Below the pieces are notes generated by a model. That model was given only the letters and a program-made list of their open reading frames with translations. It searched no databases and had not been told where the DNA came from. A stretch of DNA of 64,000 nucleotides. Origin: an uncultured bacterium. Its GTDB lineage: Bacteria > Patescibacteriota > JAHJAL01. Positions 36,210-45,388 of the stretch are shown here, one piece after another; position 1 is the stretch's first letter; every line of letters starts with the position of its first letter. Where the stretch lies: the NCBI GenBank assembly GCA_938004065.1, contig CALKWM010000009.1, positions 3,330 through 67,329 on the forward strand, written 5' to 3'. The position numbers were made by a program, and so were the translations under genes.

Positions 36210-38927
36210 ATGGGTATATTTGATTTTATATTTGGTGATCCGAACAAAAAAGAGATTCAAAAACTCCAACCGATAGTTGAGCAGATAAATAGTATGGGGG
36301 ATGATATTCATAAATTGTCCGACGAAGAATTAAAAGCCAAGACGGACAATTTTAAATCGGTTATTTTGGATCGAGTTGGTAAAGGTGAGGAAGAAACAAA
36401 GATTCTGGATGATTTACTCCCGGAAGCTTTCTGCGTGGTGCGAGAAGCATCTCGAAGGACACTGGGTCTAAGACATTATGATGTACAGATAATCGGTGGT
36501 ATTGTAATCCATCAGGGTAAAATCGCGGAAATGAAAACCGGTGAAGGAAAAACATTGGTTGCCACTTTGGCGCTTTACCTCAACGCTCTGACAGGTAAAG
36601 GCGCCCATCTGGTAACGGTCAATGATTATCTGGCACGTCGTGATGCTGACTGGATGGGAGAAATTTTTCATTTTTTGGGATTGACGGTTGGTGTTATTCA
36701 ACATCAAGAGTCATATCGCTATGACCCGGAAGCCAATGAAGAACAAGATGACGAAGATGAAAATAAAGAAAAGCAAATAAAATTTCGCTTGAAAAAATGT
36801 ACGCGCCGAGAGGCATACGAAGCGGACATCACTTATGCCACCAACAATGAATTGGGATTTGATTACCTGCGGGACAATATGGTAATCGATGAAAAACAAA
36901 TGGTGCAAAGACCACTCAATTTTGCGATTGTTGATGAGGTGGACAATATCTTGATTGATGAGGCCAGAACACCTTTGATTATATCCGGACAAGGCGATGA
37001 GGTGAGTGAAATGTATCAACAGTTTGCTAGAATCGTGCCACAACTCAAAGAAAACGCGGATTTCAATGTGGATGAAAAAATGCGGGCGATAAGTTTAACC
37101 GAAGAGGGTATTAATCATGTAGAAAAATTAATTGGTGTCAACAATATCTACGAAGAAAAGGGCATTAAAACGGTTCATCATTTGGAAGAAGCACTGAAAG
37201 CGGAAATTTTATTTAAAAGAGATCGAGATTACGTGGTAAAAAATGGTGAAATCGTGATCGTGGATGAATTTACCGGTCGTATGATGCCGGGCCGACGATA
37301 TTCACGGGGATTGCATCAAGCTATTGAAGCCAAAGAAGGGGTGGAAATCAAGCGAGAAAGCAAAACTATCGCCACAATTACTTTTCAAAACTATTTCCGG
37401 TTGTATAAAAAACTTGCCGGTATGACCGGTACCGCCGTTACCGAAGCTGAGGAGTTGGCTTCAATTTACAAACTGGATGTAGTGGTAATACCAACCAACA
37501 AGCCGGTGATCAGAGATGATCGCAATGATTTGATATTTAGAAATGAAAAGGGAAAGTATGGTGCTGTGGTGGAGGAAATAAAAAATCGTCATACCAAAGG
37601 GCAACCGGTACTGGTAGGTACTATCTCGGTGGAAAAAAGTGAAACTTTGTCTGAGATGTTAACACGTATCGGTATAGAACACAATGTTTTGAATGCCAAA
37701 CATCATGAGAGAGAATCGGAAATTGTGGCCAGAGCGGGAGAAAAAGGAGCGGTAACAATCGCTACCAACATGGCCGGCCGAGGAACAGATATCAAATTGG
37801 ACCCGGAAGTGATCGAGTTGGGTGGTTTGCACATACTAGGTACGGAAAGGCACGAATCGAGACGAATTGACAATCAGTTGCGAGGCCGAGCCGGTCGTCA
37901 GGGAGATCCCGGTAGTAGCCAGTTTTTTGTTTCTTTGGAAGATGATTTGATGCGGATTTTCGGTTCGGACCGAATCAAAGGAATGATGGAGACATTTGGT
38001 TTTCCGGAGGATCAACCTTTGGAGCATAAAATGCTCACCGGATCGATTGAATCTGCTCAGAAAAAAGTGGAGGGTTACAACTTTGATATCCGAAAAAGCG
38101 TGGTGGATTATGATGATGTAATGAACAAACACCGCGAGGCGATTTACAAAAAAAGGAGAAATATTTTAACAAATGAAGATTTGAAACCGGATGTATTGTT
38201 GATAATCAAAGAAGTGATCAAAGATGTGGTATCGGTTCACACTACCGGGCAGAGAGAAGAGTGGAATTTGTCGGAGATAGTGGAAAATTACAAAACAATT
38301 GTAGGGCATTATTTTCAAGAGCCAAAAATTGACCAGTTTGAAAACCCTGACGGTATCGCCGATTTTCTATACGAAGACGCCTGTGTAAGATATGAACAAA
38401 AAGAAAAGGAGCTTTCCGCTGAGATTATGCGTAAACTGGAAAGATTGGTGATGCTGAGAATTATCGATAACCTGTGGCAGGACCATCTGGATGAGATGGA
38501 TTATTTGCGAACGGGAGTCGGTTTACGCGGATACGGACAGCGTGATCCGTTGATTGAGTACAAGCATGAAGCATACAATCTGTACAAACAGTTACAACTC
38601 TTGATCAATGATCAAATTGCCAAAACGATTTACAAAGTAACTATCATCAAACAACCGATGCAGCCGGTACAAGGGAAAGAAATTAAACCGGAAGCCGGTT
38701 CTTTGACAAAACCGGGATCGGTTGCAACCGCTACATCCACAACTGCCGGTACAGCAGTTAAAACGTATAGTCGCGGAACAAGCCAGAGCAATATACCTCC
38801 CGCTCAAAAAGGACCGTTGCCGACCGGCAAGGTGCAAACCATAACTCGTGATGAAGAAAAAATTGGCCGAAATGATCCTTGTCCATGTGGAAGCGGGAAA
38901 AAGTATAAAAAGTGCCACGGAGCGTAA
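36210..38927 (+). CDS. secA: Preprotein translocase ATPase SecA
   Basis: [47 protein letters not shown] motif [19 protein letters not shown]. Confidence 0.98.
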   Translation: MGIFDFIFGDPNKKEIQKLQPIVEQINSMGDDIHKLSDEELKAKTDNFKSVILDRVGKGEEETKILDDLLPEAFCVVREASRRTLGLRHYDVQIIGGIVIHQGKIAEMKTGEGKTLVATLALYLNALTGKGAHLVTVNDYLARRDADWMGEIFHFLGLTVGVIQHQESYRYDPEANEEQDDEDENKEKQIKFRLKKCTRREAYEADITYATNNELGFDYLRDNMVIDEKQMVQRPLNFAIVDEVDNILIDEARTPLIISGQGDEVSEMYQQFARIVPQLKENADFNVDEKMRAISLTEEGINHVEKLIGVNNIYEEKGIKTVHHLEEALKAEILFKRDRDYVVKNGEIVIVDEFTGRMMPGRRYSRGLHQAIEAKEGVEIKRESKTIATITFQNYFRLYKKLAGMTGTAVTEAEELASIYKLDVVVIPTNKPVIRDDRNDLIFRNEKGKYGAVVEEIKNRHTKGQPVLVGTISVEKSETLSEMLTRIGIEHNVLNAKHHERESEIVARAGEKGAVTIATNMAGRGTDIKLDPEVIELGGLHILGTERHESRRIDNQLRGRAGRQGDPGSSQFFVSLEDDLMRIFGSDRIKGMMETFGFPEDQPLEHKMLTGSIESAQKKVEGYNFDIRKSVVDYDDVMNKHREAIYKKRRNILTNEDLKPDVLLIIKEVIKDVVSVHTTGQREEWNLSEIVENYKTIVGHYFQEPKIDQFENPDGIADFLYEDACVRYEQKEKELSAEIMRKLERLVMLRIIDNLWQDHLDEMDYLRTGVGLRGYGQRDPLIEYKHEAYNLYKQLQLLINDQIAKTIYKVTIIKQPMQPVQGKEIKPEAGSLTKPGSVATATSTTAGTAVKTYSRGTSQSNIPPAQKGPLPTGKVQTITRDEEKIGRNDPCPCGSGKKYKKCHGA

Positions 38928-39134
38928 ATACGATATTTTTATTTTTCAATAACCAAAAATAATTCGATAACAAATTTCGCGGTTTAATGGTTGGTTTTTG
39001 AATGGTTAAATGGTTGGAATATAAAATTGTCATATTGAAATATTGTGAGAACAATCAATGTCAAATAGTTAAATGGATAAAACTTTTTAAACTTGCAGAT
39101 TTGGAAATTTTTTAGTTTGATTTTTAATGATGTT

Positions 39135-39659
39135 ATGCAAAACTGGAAACTTGTTGATAGGAAAAATATTTATAACCAAGGCAGGTTGAAATTTGATCAA
39201 TTTGGCTATGAATTGCCCGACGGCAAACGAAAAGATTATATAGTCAGAGACATCGGAAATGTAGCCAAGGTTTTTGCGGTTACAGCCGAGAGAAAGGCAA
39301 TATTGATTGAGCAATTTCGGGTGGGACCACAGGAGACCGTGTTCGAATTACCAGGTGGTTTTTGTGATAAAAAGGAAAGGCCGGAAATTACTGCCGGGCG
39401 CGAATTGTTGGAAGAAACCGGCTATACGGGAGAGATAGAATACCTGACTAGTTTCTGGAATGATGCTTATTCAACCATGAAGATTTACTGCTATTTGGCT
39501 AAAAATTGCCAAAAGATTTCCGATCAAAAACTCGATGACGATGAATATATTGATATTCATTTGGTAAGCGTGGATTCTCTGAGAAAAAAACTGTTTGAGG
39601 GGCAAATGCGCGATATTGGGATTTGTTATCTGGGACTGGATCGATTGGGTTGGATGTAA
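39135..39659 (+). CDS. NUDIX hydrolase (ADP-ribose pyrophosphatase-like)
   Basis: EQFR, ELPGG, RELLEETGY, LDDDEYI. Confidence 0.88.
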   Translation: MQNWKLVDRKNIYNQGRLKFDQFGYELPDGKRKDYIVRDIGNVAKVFAVTAERKAILIEQFRVGPQETVFELPGGFCDKKERPEITAGRELLEETGYTGEIEYLTSFWNDAYSTMKIYCYLAKNCQKISDQKLDDDEYIDIHLVSVDSLRKKLFEGQMRDIGICYLGLDRLGWM

Positions 39660-39732
39660 TTGAATGTCATCTTTTTTATAAAAGCAATATAGCAAAATAA
39701 AAAACTTTGGTTTGTAAGTTATATATTATACA

Positions 39733-39764
39733 AAAAAACAGGTCATAATAATGATCTGTTTTTT
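39733..39764. terminator. Bidirectional terminator-like hairpin
   Basis: AAAAAACAGGTCAT / ATGATCTGTTTTTT. Confidence 0.6.
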
Positions 39765-39785
39765 AAACAAAGAAGAATCGCTTTT

Positions 39786-39884
39786 CTACAGACTGGCAGA
39801 AATACCAAATGCCAATTTGTAGGCAAAATATCCAACTACAATAGCACCGATTACGATCAAGATGACTTTTATGGTATCATTCAT
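39786..39884 (-). CDS. 32-aa single-TM small protein (below ORF-track cutoff)
   Basis: MNDTIKVILIVIGAIVVGYFAYKLAFGISASL*, ATG to TAG, followed by the hairpin at 39733. Confidence 0.6.
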   Translation of the reverse strand: MNDTIKVILIVIGAIVVGYFAYKLAFGISASL

Positions 39885-39947
39885 AATTTTTTTATAATTA
39901 TTATGGTTCTTGATTATATTGTATAAAATTTTGCCTAAAAATAAAAA

Positions 39948-40328
39948 TCAAGATGAAAGTAGCTTGGGTGGCAGGATATAGCCAATAGCTCCTTTGGCAC
40001 CATAGAATCCAAAAACCAGCGCATAAATAATGAGGATGAAAAATTCCTGCGGGGACGTTTGTCCGGAGGCGGTGAGAATTTGGTAAGACATAGCAATTAT
40101 CAAAAATATGCAGACAATGAAACCAATGGCGCCGGCTTTTTGTTGTTTGTACACTTCAACGTCTTTGGAAAAAGTCAAAGTGCCACCAAGAACACTGCCC
40201 AATGTTAGCAAAAAAACGATCAAAAGATTGCCGAAGTTGAGGAGGGTGTCATTGTAGAAAAATACCACTTGCATGATGGCAAGGATACTGGCAATGATTA
40301 GAAAAATTAAACCAAATTTTGCTTTCAT
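39948..40328 (-). CDS. Hypothetical 4-TM membrane protein
   Basis: 126 aa with four hydrophobic helices. Confidence 0.7.
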   Translation of the reverse strand: MKAKFGLIFLIIASILAIMQVVFFYNDTLLNFGNLLIVFLLTLGSVLGGTLTFSKDVEVYKQQKAGAIGFIVCIFLIIAMSYQILTASGQTSPQEFFILIIYALVFGFYGAKGAIGYILPPKLLSS

Positions 40329-40372
40329 ATAATTTTATAAAAATATTTTTATTGCTATATATTCATATTAGT

Positions 40373-40440
40373 GAGTAGTACGAATTAAAAATAAGAAATA
40401 TGATGAGGATGACAGATGAGAGAATTAAATAGCACTACTT
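40373..40440. mobile_element. MITE-like element copy 3 (internally deleted)
   Basis: GAGTAGTACGAATT ... GAGGATGACAGAT ... AAATAGCACTACTT. Confidence 0.5.
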
Positions 40441-40504
40441 ATATATTAGCAAATTTTTTTAGCTATATATTTTTTTTCTTAAAAATAATTTTGTGCGATT
40501 TTCT

Positions 40505-41377
40505 TCATAATAATTTGAATTTTATGACCTTTACCGGAGTGTCCTCCCCTACTTGCATATGGTAATATTTACTATACGTCTGATACATTTCGGCGGGTGA
40601 AGTAAATGTTTCATGGCCGGACAAATCATCATCATTTAATTCGCCAAAGGTTGTTTCTCCGGTTTGATAGATAACAGCTCGAGCGAATTCTTCACGCTGG
40701 TTTTTGGTCATTGAAAGCAGATCGCCGGTTTGTAAATTTTTATCATCATTGATCCGCCAGGTGGTGAATTTTTTACCGGACAAAATCATATCCGGTAATT
40801 TATCGGAAAAATTCAGCTGCTTAAATGTGATCGGATAATTTAGGTCCAAACACAGTGCGACTAATTTGCTGACGGAACCAATGTTGTGTTTTATTTGGTT
40901 GGCCACCACCTGCTGAAATGTTCTTTCATCGGCTTTGCCTTTAGAAAAAAACTTATCGGCTAAGCAGATTATTCTTTCTTCTATCGTTTGCGGAGTCATG
41001 TCGCGATTGGGTAAAGGTAATGATTGATTGGTAATTGTTTCCCGATCCAGACCCAGTCCAACATGGCGCTCACATACCAGAGCCAATTGGGGCAAATTTT
41101 CTTTTTCCAATATTTTTCGACCAGCAATACCGTGTTCAACATATGACAACTTTCCTTTGCAACCGTTTTTTGGACTATCAACATCTTTGATGCCGATGTC
41201 GTGCAACATAGCCGCTTGATGCAAAAATATTCGATCAATGTTCTCGTCCGGATTGAGATCGGCAATTTCCGAAGCTTTAGCACTAACTTGCCGACCATGT
41301 TCGATGAGAATCGGATAAGTCGGACTATCCACCGGGATGTATTTGGCAATTATTTGTTCGGGGTCGATTTGGGGCAT
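40505..41377 (-). CDS. HD (HDIG) phosphohydrolase fused to an ASCH domain
   Basis: EHG..V, MLHDIG, EHGIAG, ERHVG.G, ICLADK; then 'LNF......ILSGKKFTTWR' ASCH signature. Confidence 0.85.
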   Translation of the reverse strand: MPQIDPEQIIAKYIPVDSPTYPILIEHGRQVSAKASEIADLNPDENIDRIFLHQAAMLHDIGIKDVDSPKNGCKGKLSYVEHGIAGRKILEKENLPQLALVCERHVGLGLDRETITNQSLPLPNRDMTPQTIEERIICLADKFFSKGKADERTFQQVVANQIKHNIGSVSKLVALCLDLNYPITFKQLNFSDKLPDMILSGKKFTTWRINDDKNLQTGDLLSMTKNQREEFARAVIYQTGETTFGELNDDDLSGHETFTSPAEMYQTYSKYYHMQVGEDTPVKVIKFKLL

Positions 41378-41565
41378 GATTATCGGTTATTATATCTAAT
41401 TTATATAGTACAGAAAAAATTGCATTTTTAATATACAAGATAAGATATGAACTTTATTTACACATTGTCATATGTTTTGTTCGTCAAGTAGAATGAAAAA
41501 AATCTTGTGTAATATAATTTTAAAACCGCTGGGAAATTCGTTCAGCGGTTTTGTGATGATTGTGT

Positions 41566-42426
41566 TTAGATCGATTTCAATATCTCGTACGGCAAACCGA
41601 AATCGGCATTGGTATGCAATACGACATCAAATTCTTGCAGATATTTTTCTCGGTAAATGGAGCAATTATCATTGTTCAAAAAACCGATCTTTATCTGCCG
41701 GCACCAGTCAGAAATACTAATAGCCATTTGATGATCATCGATGTGATCGCCGATGACGATGACATCTGTTTTGTCAGATATCTTGTCCCAAAACGGCTGT
41801 TTCGTTAAATCCACTTGATGTTTGTTTAAAGAGTGGATTATCGGCGATGAGTAATTTTTATCGGTAAAATTGAGCCAGTTGGAGACAATATATATATTGT
41901 CTCGCTCGATTTTTTTGAATTTTAAGTATGTTTCAATGAAATTCCCGATTCCGGCGGAGAAAATTATGACCGGTATTTTTTTCCGGTGAGTGTATCGGAT
42001 AAATTCCAGAAAATAATTTCGCATCACCATCTCATCATCCAAAACAATGGACTGAAAGGTCGATTGATCCAAGTTTTCCGCCAGTAGTGCCATTTCCAAT
42101 GTCCACCATTCCCGGGCCATGGCAAACTTTTCATCCTGGCCTATCTCTTGAGTAAATAAGAAAGGATAGTATTTTTGGAAATTCGAATTTGATTGATCAG
42201 ATACGAATTTCGAAATACGCGGTGAGTTTCTGATCAAGGCATTGATGGCCATCGGCAGTCCATTGTGTCTATGGACTGTGCAGGTCATGTCCCAATCGAG
42301 GACAAACAAAAGATCTTTGCCTTGGTTGGTTTGGATATGTCGGAATAATTTCTTTATTTTTGGTTCAATTTTTATAATATCTTTATTGAATTTTTTCGAT
42401 ATGGCATAGTATATTGATCGTTTCAA
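41566..42426 (-). CDS. Pyrimidine 5'-nucleotidase (UMPH-1/NT5C3-like HAD hydrolase)
   Basis: DWDMT (motif I), EWW, FSAGIG, IIHSLNK, IGDHIDD, KIGFLN, FDVVL; TTG start with AGGAGG SD. Confidence 0.85.
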   Translation of the reverse strand: MKRSIYYAISKKFNKDIIKIEPKIKKLFRHIQTNQGKDLLFVLDWDMTCTVHRHNGLPMAINALIRNSPRISKFVSDQSNSNFQKYYPFLFTQEIGQDEKFAMAREWWTLEMALLAENLDQSTFQSIVLDDEMVMRNYFLEFIRYTHRKKIPVIIFSAGIGNFIETYLKFKKIERDNIYIVSNWLNFTDKNYSSPIIHSLNKHQVDLTKQPFWDKISDKTDVIVIGDHIDDHQMAISISDWCRQIKIGFLNNDNCSIYREKYLQEFDVVLHTNADFGLPYEILKSI

Positions 42427-42895
42427 TATTATCGCCTCCTAATACATAAAGTGATTTTAAGGTACTTGTTACTGATTATATGATGAAAATCCTTGATAGT
42501 AAATAAAAAATCCATAAGAACGAGGCCGAGAACGATAGGCACGACTTAAGAAAATTAATTTTATATTAACTAAAGTTGGTGCATGTTAGCAAAAAGTCAT
42601 TTAACTAATGAGGATAGAGAAAGAAAGAATCCGTATCATAATTTTAAATTTAATTATCTCTGCTAAACTAGCATATCAAAAGCGTTATCATTGATTTTAT
42701 CACCCGAATTTTGTCATTAGATTAAATTTTCTAAAAAACACAAGATTGCCAAAATAATATGACATAATATTCTGTAATTCTTTTTTTTATGAGAACAACA
42801 ATAATCAAGGAAAATGGCAACCGTATTCCTCACCCATCTCGTAAAAATGTGATGTTATATGAGATAATGGTTTTGAAATAAAATAATTTTGCCCA

Positions 42896-44662
42896 ATGAA
42901 ATATTTTTTAAGTCTGCTTGCCTTTTTTGTCTTTGTTCAACCAACGACAACTCTCGCCAGGGAGTATGTTTATGATTGGTATATCAAGGATATGAGAACT
43001 GTGATAAACATCAATCAAGATGGATCGCTGGATATACGGGAAGATATCGTAGCTGACTGTGGCAATTTACCTGATAAACATGGCATCTTTCGAGTTATTC
43101 CCACCACCAAATATCTAACTGATGATGAGGTGATTGAATATGATGTTAGATTGGACAGCATCACTGATTTTAACGGAAAGGAATACAATTACACTCAGTC
43201 GGTTGATAGTTATAACGACACCATCACCTGGAAGATTGGTGATGCCAATGTAACAGTAACCGGAGAAAATGATTATCAAATCAACTACCATGTCGGCAAT
43301 GTAATCCAGGGCAATAACGAAAATTTTGATGAATTTTACTGGAATGTTCACGGCCAGTTTTGGGACATAGAAGCCGATCACGTACTGGCAATAGTCAATT
43401 TTCCCGAGGGATTTGATTATCAAAAACAAGAGACCAATCTGTACAGCGGAACGTTTGGTGGCAATGATGCTATCGCATCATATACATGGATTGATAAGGA
43501 TACGATCGAGATTGAATCGGAACAAAAATTGGGAGTTAACGAGGGTTTGACCCTGTCGGTTACTATGCCAAAAGGATTGACCGACGTTGCCGACATAACA
43601 ATCATTGATCACCGTTGGGCATACCTATTGGCAGGATTATGGTTTATTTTGCAAGCGATATGGATATTTATCACGCCGCTGGTTTTATTGATTGCGTTTA
43701 TCATCTGGTATCGTCATGGGAAAGACCCGGTGGTTAACAAAACAGTGATTGCGCAATACGAACCACCTTTGAAACTTAACCCGATGCAACTCTCCATGCT
43801 GATATCCAACGGCAATTTGAGTGGTCGGGCAATTACGGCCAGTATTGTGAATCTGGCGGTGAAAAAACTAATCAAAATTGAGGAAATTCCAAAAAAAGGA
43901 TGGTTCGGCAGTAAGGATTTCAATATGACTGTACTGAAAGATAAGGGTTCGATTGAATATCAGAGTTTGGCCAAAAGCGAAAAGGATCTTTACAGTTATC
44001 TGTTTGGCAACAGTAAATCAAAAAAATTATCGGCTTTGAAAAATAAATTTTACACCAACATTGATCCACTAAAAAGGCAGGTGCGCGCGGAAGTGGTTGA
44101 TGAGATGAAACTGTTTGACAAAAAAGGTTTTGAATATGGGGATTGGATGTTTGTCCTGCTGGTTTTGTGTATTGTGGGAGGAATATTTGTGATGGCATTT
44201 TTGCCGGTGCTGGGATTGTCACTGATCGCTTCATCGGTAATACTGGGATTTTTTGGTTATTTCATGTCAAAAATGACTCCGGAAGGTGCACAAGCCAATT
44301 GGCAAGCGAAGGGATTTAAACTATTTATGTTAACCGCGGAAAAATACCGCCAGGAATTTTATGAAAAAGAGTTTATCTTTGAAAAATTCCTCCCGTATGC
44401 AGTGGCTTATGACATCGTTAAACAGTGGACAAAGAATATGGAATCAATTTATGGCAAAGAAAAAATGAACAACTACAGCCCGTATTGGTACACCTCGAGT
44501 GTGATGGCGGGTGGTTTTGATGTTGACAGTTTTTCATCAACACTGAATTCGATGTCTTCCAATATGTCTTCGAGTATTTCTTCGTCACCTTCTTCCAGTG
44601 GATCTGGTGGTGGCGGGTTTTCTGGTGGTGGCGGGGGAGGTGGAGGAGGGGGTGGGTGGTAA
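42896..44662 (+). CDS. DUF2207 membrane protein
   Basis: 'DGSLDIREDI', 'KHGIFR.IP', 'DEFYWN..G', 'FEKFLPYAVA', and Ser/Gly tail ending GGGGGGGW. Confidence 0.92.
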   Translation: MKYFLSLLAFFVFVQPTTTLAREYVYDWYIKDMRTVININQDGSLDIREDIVADCGNLPDKHGIFRVIPTTKYLTDDEVIEYDVRLDSITDFNGKEYNYTQSVDSYNDTITWKIGDANVTVTGENDYQINYHVGNVIQGNNENFDEFYWNVHGQFWDIEADHVLAIVNFPEGFDYQKQETNLYSGTFGGNDAIASYTWIDKDTIEIESEQKLGVNEGLTLSVTMPKGLTDVADITIIDHRWAYLLAGLWFILQAIWIFITPLVLLIAFIIWYRHGKDPVVNKTVIAQYEPPLKLNPMQLSMLISNGNLSGRAITASIVNLAVKKLIKIEEIPKKGWFGSKDFNMTVLKDKGSIEYQSLAKSEKDLYSYLFGNSKSKKLSALKNKFYTNIDPLKRQVRAEVVDEMKLFDKKGFEYGDWMFVLLVLCIVGGIFVMAFLPVLGLSLIASSVILGFFGYFMSKMTPEGAQANWQAKGFKLFMLTAEKYRQEFYEKEFIFEKFLPYAVAYDIVKQWTKNMESIYGKEKMNNYSPYWYTSSVMAGGFDVDSFSSTLNSMSSNMSSSISSSPSSSGSGGGGFSGGGGGGGGGGGW

Positions 44663-44701
44663 GAACAACAACTATCAAGATTCAATGATCAATTTATAAA
44701 G

Positions 44702-44737
44702 AAAAAGACAGCTATTAACATCTAGCTGTCTTTTTTT
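44702..44737. terminator. Bidirectional terminator
   Basis: AAAAAGACAGCTA / TAGCTGTCTTTTTTT. Confidence 0.75.
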
Positions 44738-44790
44738 AAAAACCATATTATTATTTATACGCTCTTTACCCTTTTTTTGAAATCAAATTC

Positions 44791-45264
44791 CTAATCTAGT
44801 TCTTCGGTATATTTTTCTGCCAAATCGTCAAGTCGTGAAATATAATCAGGGGTAAGTTCTTGAGCTATCTGATAAATCCTATCAAATAGTTCCTGTTTTT
44901 TGACTCTACTTATTTGATGATTTTGCAGCAACTTATCCAGGTTTCCTACTACTTCTTCGAAATGTACCAGGTGAATTGTTTTTACTATTTTTTCCTCAAT
45001 CCCTTTCCGAGTAAGTTTTGCAATATCAAATATTAATTTAGAATCTTTGTTAAAATTAATACTCATATTGTTTGTATTGCTTTTTTCGAACAATCTGATT
45101 TGTTCGATAAGTTTGTCATCTGAAACTAGTGGATCTCCAATCATGTGGATGATTTTTTCCACGGTATTATTTTTTTCCCAGATTGGCTCGTCGTCCATGT
45201 CTTTTATTTCTGTCAATAATTTTAGACACTCTAATTTTTGGATTGCTAATAATGAAGATAGCAT
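44791..45264 (-). CDS. Hypothetical helical protein
   Basis: 157 aa from ATG 45264, preceded by AAGGAG. Confidence 0.6.
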   Translation of the reverse strand: MLSSLLAIQKLECLKLLTEIKDMDDEPIWEKNNTVEKIIHMIGDPLVSDDKLIEQIRLFEKSNTNNMSINFNKDSKLIFDIAKLTRKGIEEKIVKTIHLVHFEEVVGNLDKLLQNHQISRVKKQELFDRIYQIAQELTPDYISRLDDLAEKYTEELD

Positions 45265-45339
45265 GTTAATATTCACTCCTTTTTTAAATTTGATGCATAA
45301 ATTGTATGAAATAATTAATGACATGTCAATCACAAAAAC

Positions 45340-45367
45340 AAAAGACAGGGCTTAAGCTCTGTCTTTT
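45340..45367 (-). terminator. Terminator after the 976-aa gene
   Basis: AAAAGACAGGGC-TTAA-GCTCTGTCTTTT. Confidence 0.65.
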
Positions 45368-45388
45368 TGTAATGTTTTTACTTTGAAA

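Noticed and set aside
44560-44662. Low-complexity G-rich run and antisense poly-Pro ORF
   Set aside because: Normal Ser/Gly tail of DUF2207 proteins.
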